A DNA stretch of 64,000 bases from the NCBI GenBank assembly GCA_030141605.1, contig JAQGDQ010000535.1:62001-126000 (forward strand). Direction: 5' to 3'. Numbering within the stretch: the first letter of the stretch is position 1; each line of letters starts with the position of its first letter. The notes beneath the pieces were generated by a model. The model was not told the DNA's origin. It searched no databases and saw nothing but the letters and a program-made list of their open reading frames with translations. Source of the stretch: Tubiluchus corallicola. Its lineage: Eukaryota > Animalia > Priapulida. Shown here one piece after another: positions 13,323 to 24,844 of the stretch. A program made the translations under genes and the position numbers.

Positions 13323-13779
13323 CCCTTTCAGTCCCAAATTATTTTTTAATAAGAAAAAAATTTTGGCTTGGTATTTTGTTCAGTATGTCCATCTTGTTTA
13401 CACATAATAATTATTTTTTTCTACCTGTGCCCACGTGCTAAATATAGGCTGTATCCCACGGGATACATTGGGATTCAATGGAAGCATAAAATCTGCTTCA
13501 TTTTGCAACTGCTGATAATTTTTTAAAGTATTTAAGACATTTAGTATGCACGCTATGCTGATCTGTACAAAGTCGTCTCTAAAGTACTGTACCTTGAGCA
13601 GTTTTTTATGCTATGTAGATTTTCTAGTTTGCCATTTTATCACCATTTTTAGTCTATTGTTATTGGCTTAAATAAAAATAACTATTAACAGATCAAATAA
13701 CTCTCAGTTTTAAAATTTTATTAATTTTAAAGGCAGAAAATATTCTCGTATCCCACGGGATACAACGGGTATGAAAGGG
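13323..13779. mobile_element. piggyBac-type MITE between the two lectin paralogs
   Basis: TTAA|CCCTTTCA...TGAAAGGG|TTAA; internal near-palindrome GTATCCCACGGGATAC present twice. Confidence 0.8.
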
Positions 13780-14079
13780 TTAAACATTCAAATTGCAGTA
13801 TAGTTTCCATAATATAGAACAAAAAGCATGATGAAAGTTCCTTCATTATATATCAGTATTTAGACATGAATAAGAAGCAGAAATTGTTTTAGAAACGAAT
13901 GACATTTCGACAATAAATTAATAAAACAAATCGGCAATTAGATTTGAAAATTTATTGCCAAACATTCAGTAAAATGTTTACAAATATTGCCTTATTTGTT
14001 TACTTCTTTGTTGTCAGTACGATGGTCATTAAGGTTATTAATCAAAAAACTAAGAATTACATGGGTGTATGCAAAGCAA

Positions 14080-14420
14080 AACTGTCCCAAAGTTGGCATC
14101 CCTTGCCAAGCCCAGATCTTTGCCAAGAAGAGCCATCTACTGAATTTAAACTTAACTTTGAATAACATAGCAGCAGCAAACATCAGTTTGTACGGCTGTT
14201 AAGTGTTTTCTAGGAATGCGACAAAAACAATGGCTGACTTTAACAGTGATTTTCTCAAGTTTAAGTTTTTCAACGTGCAGCCTGCACCTCAACTTCAACG
14301 TGGATTATCTCAGCTTAGAAATAACACAGAGTGATAAACTTGGTATCAAAATGATTCTCGTGAAATGGAGATTTGGGATATGTGAAAAGCCGACTTATGG
14401 ACGATTTTGGTATGCAAGCA
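14080..14420. repeat. Dispersed repeat family (copies about 4260-4372, 29170-29500, 52288-52450)
   Basis: GCCTGCACCTCAACTTCAA(C/T)GTGGATTATCTCAGCTTAGAAATA shared. Confidence 0.7.
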
Positions 14421-14915
14421 CCCATAATTTAAAAAAAGCAGCTGGAGTGGAAGCATTTTCACTGTACAGCGGTTTTCTATGTACAGCATTTCCTTGGCCA
14501 GCATACTCCACTTAACCAGTGGTCAAGATCTGTGACCACCGATCAAGCTCTGTAATTTTATAAACTGCTTCTTTCTCAAAATGGTTCTTTGTCTGTTACT
14601 GCTATTAAGCTTTGCGAGTTTGTTGGCACCGACACAAGAGTTCAGCAACATTCCAGGAAGACGTGTTCTGGCACGACAATGTCGGAAAGTTACCGACCTC
14701 GTATAACGTGAATGACTTAGCCCGAAGTGAAAAAAGTAGTCGAGATCTATATAAAGAGATACTAGATGATAATACATTATTTATGAGTGGCAGTGTAACT
14801 GTGTGGAAAAACTGGTTATTTCCAGAAGGGGTGATTCTAGATCTCTCTGACAATTACAGTGTAAACAAGAAGAAGTGTAGTGTCGTTTGCTATTGTGCTG
14901 TTTTTAAAGCAAAAA

Positions 14916-16340
14916 ATGTATCTGTGGTTATTTATATTTGTTTCACTGTGGTCAAGCACCAAGGAACAATCACAGGGTAGCACAGACACTTGTACTCTTA
15001 CGCTTGACTACAATCCAACTAAAACAGATAGAAGAACAAGCATCTCCACGTTATTTGCACGACTGGAGGAGTGGATCTTTGAAGTGGAGGCTTACGTGAA
15101 AGACATTCGACCAAAAGCGGCCGATAACGAGGAAGTTCTGCTGTCGGTTGCACGTCTGGAAGGGGAGATTCGCGCTCTAGAAAATTACGTGAAACGAAAT
15201 GTCTCCGTGGAAAGGGGAGATGGAGCTCTTGTGCCGCTTTTTGCACACTTAGAAACATTGATCACGGGATTGGACAATTATGTGAAGAACAATGCACCAG
15301 GTGACGACAATGACGGCGCCGTGTTGTTCTCTCTTGCTCGTTTAGAATCGCGACTTATCGGGTTAGAGAACTTCGTCAAAACGAATGTTTCCAAAGAACA
15401 GAACCAAGGCGACGTTTCCAGTGAAGTTTCACGTTTGGACTCGCAACTTACAGATTTAGAGAGATACGTACAGCTAAACGTGTCTGCAAGAAGCGACGAC
15501 GGACTTGCACTGCTGACAATTGCCAGACTTGAGACAGACATACAACAAGTTGAAAGGTTTATCAAAGCAAACATACCCAAGAGTAAAGATACGGGTTCTC
15601 TTTCGCTCGCACTCTCTACCATGCAGGCAATACTCGACGAAGCAGACAGGTATTTGAAAACTAACATATCTGAGAAAGCGGACGGTGCATCCTTTTTACT
15701 TAAACTTAATCGATTAGAGACGAGGCTCAATAGCTTGGAAAGCTACGTCAAGAGGAACCTTCAACAGATATCGACGAGTGAAGGTGATCGCTTAGAAGCC
15801 ATGATGTTTCGTTTAGAAAATTATGAAAAAATGGACGCCGCATCTGTGGTTGAAACGGGAGCCGGCAATGATGACATCACTCCAACCGTTGCACGTTTAG
15901 AAACTCGCCTTCTGAACGTCGAAAACTACCTAAAGACCTACCTGTTAGAAGATGACGGATTCGCCTGTGGGGAATGGAAGATGCAAGGCTTCGTGCTGCT
16001 CGACACATGGAGAGGGGCCCTGGAAAAATGTCGCGAACTAGACGCCGAGCTCGTGTCGATCGACAGCGAAGAGAAACACAACGCGGTCAGACATTACGCA
16101 AGCAACAATCTGGAACAGCAATGCGGCTTCAAATGGGCCTTCTGGATTGACGGGAGAACTTTAAACGGGAACTGGGTGACAACGCTGGGACACGACATCA
16201 ATTACTTCGACTGGAGAGAAAATGAACCAGGCAGTAACAGCACTAATCAGTGCTTGTCTATCTGGCACGGTGCCAATTACAAGTTCAGTTCCATCGACTG
16301 TAACTTGTATGCTCACTATATATGCGAGAAATCCAAATAA
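14916..16340 (+). CDS. Secreted repeat/coiled-coil C-type lectin domain protein, paralog B (474 aa from ATG 14916)
   Basis: Colinear paralog of A; first in-frame ATG at 14916 precedes signal peptide MYLWLFIFVSLWS; same seven Cys; AATAAA at 16371. Confidence 0.92.
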   Translation: MYLWLFIFVSLWSSTKEQSQGSTDTCTLTLDYNPTKTDRRTSISTLFARLEEWIFEVEAYVKDIRPKAADNEEVLLSVARLEGEIRALENYVKRNVSVERGDGALVPLFAHLETLITGLDNYVKNNAPGDDNDGAVLFSLARLESRLIGLENFVKTNVSKEQNQGDVSSEVSRLDSQLTDLERYVQLNVSARSDDGLALLTIARLETDIQQVERFIKANIPKSKDTGSLSLALSTMQAILDEADRYLKTNISEKADGASFLLKLNRLETRLNSLESYVKRNLQQISTSEGDRLEAMMFRLENYEKMDAASVVETGAGNDDITPTVARLETRLLNVENYLKTYLLEDDGFACGEWKMQGFVLLDTWRGALEKCRELDAELVSIDSEEKHNAVRHYASNNLEQQCGFKWAFWIDGRTLNGNWVTTLGHDINYFDWRENEPGSNSTNQCLSIWHGANYKFSSIDCNLYAHYICEKSK

Positions 16341-16591
16341 TCATCATCTTGTAGTGGATTAATGCTTAGGAATAAACACCAATAAGTGAATCCCGTGTCA
16401 TAGAACTAAACAGAAACACAAGTGTTAAAGCCAAGAAACCTTTAAACACCCGAAACTCAAAAATGGTCTAGAAATTGTGTATCACTTACACACTGTCTTT
16501 AGTAGAGGAAAGGTTGTTGGTCAGTATCTGATAGGTCAGGTCTTAGAGTATTCTGTAATGGCAGATATTTGGATAAAGTTTGAATACTCAC

Positions 16592-17075
16592 GCTCTCTCT
16601 CCTCTTTTCTTTCTGCTCTTTCTCTCTCTCTTTCTTTCACTCTTTCCTTTCTCTTCTCTCTTCTTTCTCTCCTCTCTCTCTTTCTTTCTCCTCTTCCCCT
16701 TTCCTTCGCTCTTTCTTTCCCCATCTCTCCACTGTCACTCTCTCTCTCTCGTGCCCCATTTCTCTTCATTTCTTCCACTTTTTGCTCTCATTCTTCACTT
16801 CTGTGTCACTCTCCAGCAACTTTTCTCACTCACTCTCTCACTCTTTCTTATTCTCTCTCTCTCTGTCTCTCTCTCTCTCTTTGTCTCTCTCTCCTCTCAT
16901 ATCTTTCTTTCTCCTCTCTCTCCCTCGCTCTTTTTCCCCATCTTTCTTCTCTCACACTCTCTCTGTCTCTCTCTCTCTCCCCCTCTCTCTTTCTTTCTCG
17001 TCTCTCTACCTCTCTCTTTCCCCATCTCTCCTCTGTCACTCTCTCTCTCGTCCCCCATTCCTCTTCATTTCTACT
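16592..17075. repeat. CT-rich low-complexity tract
   Basis: Direct inspection. Confidence 0.92.
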
Positions 17076-17284
17076 TGCGTTAGCAACTATCCTCTATAAA
17101 TCTTGTAAACTTAAACTCCTACAGTGACCATTATGCACAGCCATTTTAACAGTAAGTCGTTTTAAAAAAGTATAGGTAAAGTTGTGCAAAAAAATAATCA
17201 GTACTCGTGGCACATACATTGCTAACTAAGCAAAAATATAAACCTCTTTATCTTGTCAGTGCAAGATTAAAAACGCGTATTTTT

Positions 17285-17750
17285 GGTGATTTGATTTGAT
17301 TTAATTTGATATAATTCTTTATTTCAAACATAAGTTCATATTACAATTTACATATATACAACATACAACATCATAAAAACAAAAAACCAATACAAACAAA
17401 TCACATACAAACTTAGATAAACACGAAAACTACAATAATAGTCTCCACCATTCCTGTCTTATGTGCGATGTAAATTTAGCATCGCTTACTAAAATTTTCT
17501 GCCACATTAAATTATCACTTGTATCAAATCTTTTCATTAAACTTAACACAGATTTTCTACGTAATACATCAAAATACATCACGTGAATTTCAACACTCAT
17601 CTCACGAGCACTGTAATCATATGCATATCCAAAAAATAATCTTTTTGACACATTGTGCGCAATTTTGAGTTTTAAGATATTACAATTATTAAAATGTCTC
17701 CAAGTAGACATGCAATAGAATGTATTACAGTAAGCATTAAATAGATATCA
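17285..17750 (-). mobile_element. LINE ORF2 C-terminal fragment with short-repeat tail
   Basis: ORF 17430..17711 resembles a post-RT region; followed on the minus strand by AATAAA and (AAATC)n. Confidence 0.5.
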
Positions 17751-19812
17751 TTAAATAGCATTAAACAGGTGAGTCGGTGGTGCATAATGGGATAGTGAGA
17801 CAGCGACATTTTACCAGTTGGTGTGAACATTTTGATCTAGTAAGAACTTTCCTTTTTCTAGTTACACAAGTCTTTCAAGCAGGTAAGCATAACGGCAACG
17901 GTAAGTAATATAAGTTTCATATGGATCTTTAAAGAAATCAGTTTACTATACCCAGCTAGCAATTAATTTTGGACGGTGACATAAATCAACTGCTCTGCTT
18001 TACTTTTACATTTCTTTTTTCTTTGTTATATAATCAGGTTCACATTATTTTTTGTTGCCGAGAATTTTGTAAACAACTGTACATTATTATCATTTTATTT
18101 AATTCGTAACTAATTATTGTCACACTTATTCATCATCTTCATTTATTATTATTCTTTTTTTTCACTTATGCTATTGTTGTTTATGTTTGTTTTTATAATT
18201 TTGCTTTTGTTATTGCTTTATTTTGATTAGTTTATTTGCATCCTGTGTCATCAATTCTTTTTTCTGTCATCAATATTAATTTATAAGGGGTGAACGAGTA
18301 GATGACCTACGGTCTTTCCTCGCCCCATCTCCACAGACAAAGTTATTTTTTCGTAAAATGGAAATTTGTGACACAAATTGGAGAAAAATAAAATGTCTTA
18401 TGTCTATGTCTATGTCAGTAGGGACATCATTTTAGACACGCAAAAATGTTAAGAACATAAAATCGGCCCTTAAGTCGAAACTGGCCCCGACAATCCCACG
18501 TTTGCCACATATGAACTATTGTACAAAATAATGTTAAGCACATTATGATACAAGTATGCAAAAACATATGTGCATCTGTAAGCCAGTGTTGCAAATGTCT
18601 GTATGTAAAACATTAAAAAATAAAAGCATTGTAAACCAAGGCAGCTAGTTTCTTGTTTTTATTTTTCACAGTTTTCGTGTAAACTAATTTTACATAGATG
18701 TATTGCATCCGGTATTAGCTCAAAGGTTAGGTGTACCAGACAACACATTTGTGTTCACTCTCTCTTTGCATACGCTTTGCAGCCTATGCTGTTGTAATAG
18801 TAACCATTTTAACAGCTGGCTAGAACCTTACCTAGTTCATTTTTTCTTGTTCTCTAGCAAGATCCTGCTGGTAAATCACTCTATGCACAGACTAAGGCAT
18901 AATGAAGTAAGTCCACAGAAAAACAACAAGGGAATGGCATAGCAATTGAAGATACTGAACCGATGAGACAGGTGGCTTTGCTTTACCCACATACCATGCG
19001 GCAGTTGTAGCTGAGACAACAAGGGAACAAAAAAGAAATGGCATAGCAAGTGAAGTTACTGAACTGATGTGGCAGACAGCTTTGCTTCAATCACATTTCA
19101 TGTGGCGGTTGTAGCTAAGACGCGTTGCTGGAGTTCACCTAACCTTTAACCTGCAGCAACTGCGCGTAAGCAGAGCGAAACTGTGAGAAGACTTACTAGC
19201 AATCAAATTTTCCATATAAATAATCACAAAAATTCTAAAGTGGCGCTGACATGTCGCTGGAATAGCAGGGATTGTTGTTTTTTGCTGGATTAGCTGTTGT
19301 GTTTGCCTGTTTTGAGCACAGATTTCCTTTATTTTAGAATTCTGCCTGCCCAATATCTGTAACAGACGTAACGGACATATGATGATGATGACGATGATCA
19401 TGATGATGATGACGACAAAAAAAGATGCAGCCACGGCAGAAAATTTAATCGCATTTACTGTCATTATGGCATACAGAGAAAATCACTTTAAACTTCGGGA
19501 AATCAGAAACCATCTCAGCGATTCGTTCTGTTGTTGAACACAAGATGTCGCCATGAAATTTTGCCGGGGAAAAAATGCCCACAAACCGCAAATACATTTA
19601 TTTCGCAATGAAAAAATACTTATGCATCACGAGTACATTGATAATCAATTTTTTCTTTTAATAAAATTAAGATATAATTCTGTGCTAGAGACCTAAGAAG
19701 CTAGCTTATGCTAAGCCACTAGAATTAGTTATGAGAAATATTACAATATATTATTAATGGTTAGTGTGAGTTACAGTGGCCGTTAGTAGTATTTCATAAT
19801 TACGATGTAAAC

Positions 19813-20312
19813 CAGGGGTGTGTAAATTGCAGCCCGCGGGCCACTTGCGGCCCAACCAGAGAATTTGTGCGGCCCGCGAAGAGATTTGTCAACCTAATGA
19901 AAGTGCGGCCCGGGCGATTAATTGAGTGTATCCAGCTGAAGTCTGTGCCACGATACCAAAGATAGTGCGGGTAGTTTTTTCTACTAGATCGGATGCCATT
20001 AACCCTTACAAGACGGTTGTAGCTTAATGTCACTGTACTACACAGACTGTGTGATACACATTACTAATATGCATTGTAATGAAATTACCACTATCTGTCC
20101 TGAAAGTAGAAATATATGGTTTGTAATATAAATTTTAATAACTTCTAAAATAGTTTCTTGAGTGTAGTAGTAATGATGTACACAGGTCGGATGCAAAAAA
20201 ATCATTATCAGGCCTCTCTGTACTTGGCTCCGTGATCAAACTGCCTGTGGCCCGCAGGAATTGCGGGAAAGTTTAATGTGGCCCGGCTAGTCAGATAATC
20301 TGCACACCCCCG
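19813..20312. mobile_element. hAT (Charlie-like) MITE
   Basis: TIR CAGGGGTGTG / CACACCCCCG, GCGGCCC subterminal motifs, 8-bp TSD ATGTAAAC/ATGTAAAT. Confidence 0.85.
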
Positions 20313-20936
20313 ATGTAAATTGATGGTCCATAAAGAGAAACGATAAACATTTTAACACATTCGCTAAGCATTTGTGGAGGCGGCAACACTTAGACTATAT
20401 ACGGAGGTGCGCATAATTAATTTAAAAACAAATTTGAAATTGATTTATATAAGTGCCATTGGCAGAACATCACAAACCTCTCAACTGTTGCCCCAAACAA
20501 GCCAAGCGGAACTCATAGAATTAGTTGTTGAACCACACACCAGGACATTCTAGGCAATAAGGGCAGAAGAAAGTCGCAATATTTTCTCCCATGATCAAGA
20601 ACAAAAAGCACCTGTCTCAAAAGTAATGCCTTGATGTGTTGCCTGCCAAAAGTATCGGGTGGTGCAAAAAATGTGCCAAAGTTTTCAACACAATATTATC
20701 AGAAAATAATGGAATCAATTGAAAATTGTCGCGAGATGTTACAGACGTTTTTGCGTAAACAGCAAAAAGTTCAAGTCATTTAAAATTGTAAAACAAAAAA
20801 TGTCAGAAAACAATTATGTCACTATTTTAAAATTTACACTTAATGATCTATGGATCCAAGATTTTCACTGTGAACAAGATGAAGGCATGTCTTTCAACAG
20901 CTGATGCATTTTCTCACTTATTTAAGGTGTATTTAC

Positions 20937-21056
20937 GTCTACGGCCAAATCACGTTGAAAACACCGGTTCTCGTCTGATCACCGAAGTTAAGCAACGTAG
21001 AGCCTCATTAGTGCTTGGATGGGTGACCGCCTAGGAATACTAGGTGCTGTAGGCTT
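20937..21056 (+). pseudogene. Full-length 5S rRNA sequence forming the head of a SINE (not a canonical 5S gene)
   Basis: GTCTACGGCC...CTCGTCTGATCACCGAAGTTAAGC...GGATGGGTGACCGCC...GTGCTGTAGGCTT, about 120 nt with internal promoter boxes; no oligo-T terminator follows. Confidence 0.85.
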
Positions 21057-21419
21057 GCGGGATGCCCACACTGTATCTCGACACTTGGCGGAGGAGCTGC
21101 ACAAGCAGCCAACGGCTAGAGGGCGGAGGAGATCAAGTGACCCAACGGTCATGTGTAGAGGAGTAAACCTTCCAAATCAGGAGTGGAGCCTCGAAGGCAG
21201 ACCAGTGCAGCATGCTCACTGACTCCGGCAGCTCCTGCAGCCAACCTGGTCGCTCCGCTTTCCTTTGGACTACACCAGGGAGGAAGAGAGGGGGTTCCTG
21301 TGGTCTGGACAACACAGGATCTCCATACATTTTGCCCAGGCGTGCGCCCTGGAGACGTTCAAGGATCAGACTCTCTTGCCGCACATTCCATTGTCTTCCG
21401 AGACAGAAGGATGCCAACA
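20937..21419 (+). mobile_element. 5S rRNA-derived SINE (SINE3), about 480 bp
   Basis: 5S head, GC-rich body, GGATGCCAACA tail; direct repeat ATTTACGTCT at 20931-20940 and 21420-21429; 3' part recurs at 2308-2469. Confidence 0.85.
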
Positions 21420-21505
21420 ATTTACGTCTCAGAACTTGACATTTTTTTTACTTTTAACTTAATTCCTCTGTATCAAATGGCTGTGAGCGCCCAATCTACA
21501 TGACA

Positions 21506-23338
21506 CTTTAATTCAGAGGAACTAAATCCCATTTCTTTCTATGCAACAAATGTTTATCAGTGCTTTATCTTCTGCGGTGAACACCATGATGTAAACTAGT
21601 TGATTTCTTTGTTGTTGTGCTGCCATCTATTGAGTGTTTTGTACATCAACTTTAACTCAGAGGAACTAAATCCCATTTCTTTCTATGCAACAAATGTTCA
21701 TCAGTGCTTTATCTTCTGCGGTGAACACCATGATGTAAACTAGTTGATTTCTTTGTTGTTGTGCTGCCATCTATTGAGTGTTTTGTACATCAACTTTAAC
21801 TCAGAGGAACTAAATCCCATTTCTTTCTATGCAACAAATGTTTATCAGTGCTTTATCTTCTGCGGTGAACACCATGATGTAAACTAGTTGATTTCTTTGT
21901 TGTTGTGCTGCCATCTATTGAGTGTTTTGTACATCAACTTTAACTCAGAGGAACTAAATCCCATTTCTTTCTATGCAACAAATGTTTATCAGTGCTTTAT
22001 CTTCTGCGGTGAACACCATGATGTAAACTAGTTGATTTCTTTGTTGTTGTGCTGCCATCTATTGAGTGTTTTGTACATCAACTTTAACTCAGAGGAACTA
22101 AATCCCATTTCTTTCTATGCAACAAATGTTTATCAGTGCTTTATCTTCTGCGGTGAACACCATGATGTAAACTAGTTGATTTCTTTGTTGTTGTGCTGCC
22201 ATCTATTGAGTGTTTTGTACATCAACTTTAATTCAGAGGAACTAAATCCCATTTCTTTCTATGCAACAAATGTTCATCAGTGCTTTATCTTCTGCGGTGA
22301 ACACCATGATGTAAACTAGTTGATTTCTTTGTTGTTGTGCTGCCATCTATTGAGTGTTTTGTACATCAACTTTAACTCAGAGGAACTAAATCCCATTTCT
22401 TTCTATGCAACAAATGTTTATCAGTGCTCTACCTTCTGCGGTGAACACCATGATGTAAACTAGTTGATTTCTTTGTTGTTGTGCTGCCATCTATTGAGTG
22501 TTTTGTACATCAACTTTAACTTAGAGGAACTAAATCCCACTTCTTTCTATGCAACAAATGTTTATCAGTGCTTTATCTTCTGCGGTGAACACCATGATGT
22601 AAACTATTTGATTTCTTTATTGTTTTGCTGCCATCTATTGAGTGTTTTGTACATCAACTTTAACTCAGAGGAACTAAATCCCATTTCTTTCTATGCAACA
22701 AATGTTTATCAGTGCTTTATCTTCTGCGGTGAACACCATGATGTAAACTAGTTGATTTCTTTGTTGTTGTGCTGCCATCTATTGAGTGTTTTGTACATCA
22801 ACTTTAACTCAGAGGAACTAAATCCCATTTCTTTCTATGCAACAAATGTTTATCAGTGCTTTATCTTCTGCGGTGAACACCATGATGTAAACTAGTTGAT
22901 TACTTTGTTGTTGTGCTGCCATCTATTGAGTGTTTTGTACATCAACTTTAACTCAGAGGAACTAAATCCCATTTCTTTCTATGCAACAAATGTTTATCAG
23001 TGCTTTATCTTCTGCGGTGAACACCATGATGTAAACTAGTTGGTTTCTTTGTTGTTGTGCTGCCATCTATTAAGTGTTTTGTACAACAACGTGAGTGTTT
23101 TTTTCAATTGATTACATTAACTGGTGAACACCATGATGTAAACTAGTTGATTTCTTTGTTGTTGTGCTGCCATCTATTGAGTGTTTTGTACAACAACGTG
23201 ACTGTTTTTTTCAATTGATTACATTAACTGGTGAACACCATGATGTAAACTAGTTGATTTCTTTGTTGTTGTGCTGCCATCTATTGAGTGTTTTGTACAT
23301 CAACATGACTGTTTTTTTCAATTGATCATATTAACTGG
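21506..23338. repeat. 144-bp satellite, 11 near-identical copies plus two shorter derivative units
   Basis: AGGAACTAAATCCC recurs at 21517, 21661, 21805 ... 22957 (144-bp period). Confidence 0.95.
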
Positions 23339-23442
23339 CATTTCCGGGCATTATCAGTTTTTAACGTGCGAACGCTTTTTGGTCACAACTTAAAAACCAC
23401 CAAAATATTCGATTAAGTTTTTCACAGGCAAAAAATAACATA

Positions 23443-24405
23443 TTCTCACGTCTCGGTTTGCCAGACCTCGTTTTTATGGACATCAGCAAAATCGGATTAA
23501 CTCTGAACCGCTAAAAGTCCGGCATACTACGGACACGGTCTGACCGGTAATTGGTGCACCGTCACTTTGTTTACGTCATTACATCAGTGTAAAAGTGTAT
23601 ATCTCTACAGTCGACCCTCGTTAAACCGGACCCCCTTAGCCCGGATATTGGATAAGATGGACGTCATCCGTGGTAAAGGAAACTGACCGATGTCCGTCCG
23701 AGCCGGAGCGCTAAGCACAACACGGCCTACCAACTGTACAATAATTTTTTTATCTTCACAGGTTAACTATTTTAAAGTAATATACAGTATAGTATATAGT
23801 GCAATGTATATAGGCCTTATAAAGGTGATTATTCCTGTATAATATAGACTATATATAGGCATATCGGATAAGATGGACGTCATCCGTGGTAAAGGAAACT
23901 GACTGACTTTCGTCCGAGCCGGAGCGCTAAACACAACACGGCCTACCAACTGTACAATAATTTCTGTATCCTCACAGGCTAACTATTTTAAAGTAATATA
24001 CAGTATAGTATATAGTGCACAGTATATAGTGCAATGTATATAGACCTTATTAAGGTGATTATTCCTGTATAATATAGACCATATATAGGCATATCGGATA
24101 AATCGGACAATCGGCTAAACCGGACCGCCCCCCGCCCCCCCCCCCAATTAGTCCAGTTTAACGAGGGTTGACTGTATGGTGTAAAAACGTGTATATCACT
24201 ATGTATAAAAATATAGAATCAATTATGCGGAGTTATTTGAGTCAACTGCCGTCAGTTTTTATATACTTTTCCCCATAGGAGCGGCCTGCAACAGAGTCTA
24301 ACACACGGGGGCCTACTGTATTACCTCAGTACATGTAAATGGGGACAATCGGCATATTCGGAACGACGTCTCCCCGCTTTCGAGTGGCAAACCGAGATAC
24401 GAGTA
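23443..24405. mobile_element. Non-autonomous TIR element (CTCGGTTTGCCA TIR family)
   Basis: TCTCGGTTTGCCA ... TGGCAAACCGAGA inverted ends; interior homologous to 6734-7716 and about 54370-54670. Confidence 0.7.
23608..24174. mobile_element. Tigger-like MITE with an internal duplication of about 200 bp, nested in another MITE
   Basis: TA|CAGTCGACCCTCGTTAAAC...GTTTAACGAGGGTTGACTG|TA. Confidence 0.82.
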
Positions 24406-24549
24406 TACTGTCATTTCAAATTTTGTACAATTTTCAATTTTCCGGAAATTTCAATTTTGTGGAGCACTCCCTTCTAAACGATGCTGAGGTCTAAACTTCG
24501 GCACATCCTGTGTGCACCGCCTGATATAAACGTGTACGGAATACAATAC

Positions 24550-24684
24550 CTTGACATAATCCTCCACTTTCTTTAGCCTGTCTTCTATTGCCGTGTAAGC
24601 TTCCTCTAGTACAATAGGACCTTCCGGTAGTTTAGTCAACAGGTTCTTGTAAGTCGAATCCGTTTCATCCTTGTCAAAACCAAC
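24550..24684 (-). CDS. DYNC1H1: Dynein heavy chain exon 17 (VGFDKDE...VEDYVK)
   Basis: Conserved peptide, AG/GT borders. Confidence 0.93.
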
Positions 24685-24844
24685 CTGCGTAAAAAGAGCG
24701 AAAACGTAAAAAATTACGGCAGTCTTAAAAAACAGAAATTTTTTAATCAATAAATTTAAAATCATGTCACCCACACACCAGAAACAGCAAAGAGTTTTTA
24801 GCCAAAAAATCGCCCTACCCAACCAAACGCACTGTTCTAATGAT

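Noticed and set aside
14880-14915. GTG start for lectin B as given by the ORF track
   Set aside because: Eukaryotic gene; ATG at 14916 directly precedes the signal peptide and aligns with paralog A
10851-15730. Minus-strand ORFs inside both lectin genes
   Set aside because: Antisense shadows of the coding strand; the dynein frame is complete without them
16477-17127. Leu/Ser-rich, poly-Ile/Met, Val/Gly-rich and Arg/Glu-rich ORFs (also 2893-3099, 32437-32855, 63414-63824)
   Set aside because: Translations of microsatellites
20937-21056. Functional 5S rRNA gene
   Set aside because: No oligo-T terminator, single copy, continues into a repeat body and is flanked by a TSD
21506-23338. Regular repeats here and at 36313-37226 as CRISPR arrays
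   Set aside because: Units are contiguous with no unique spacers, there are no cas genes, and the context is a eukaryotic intron
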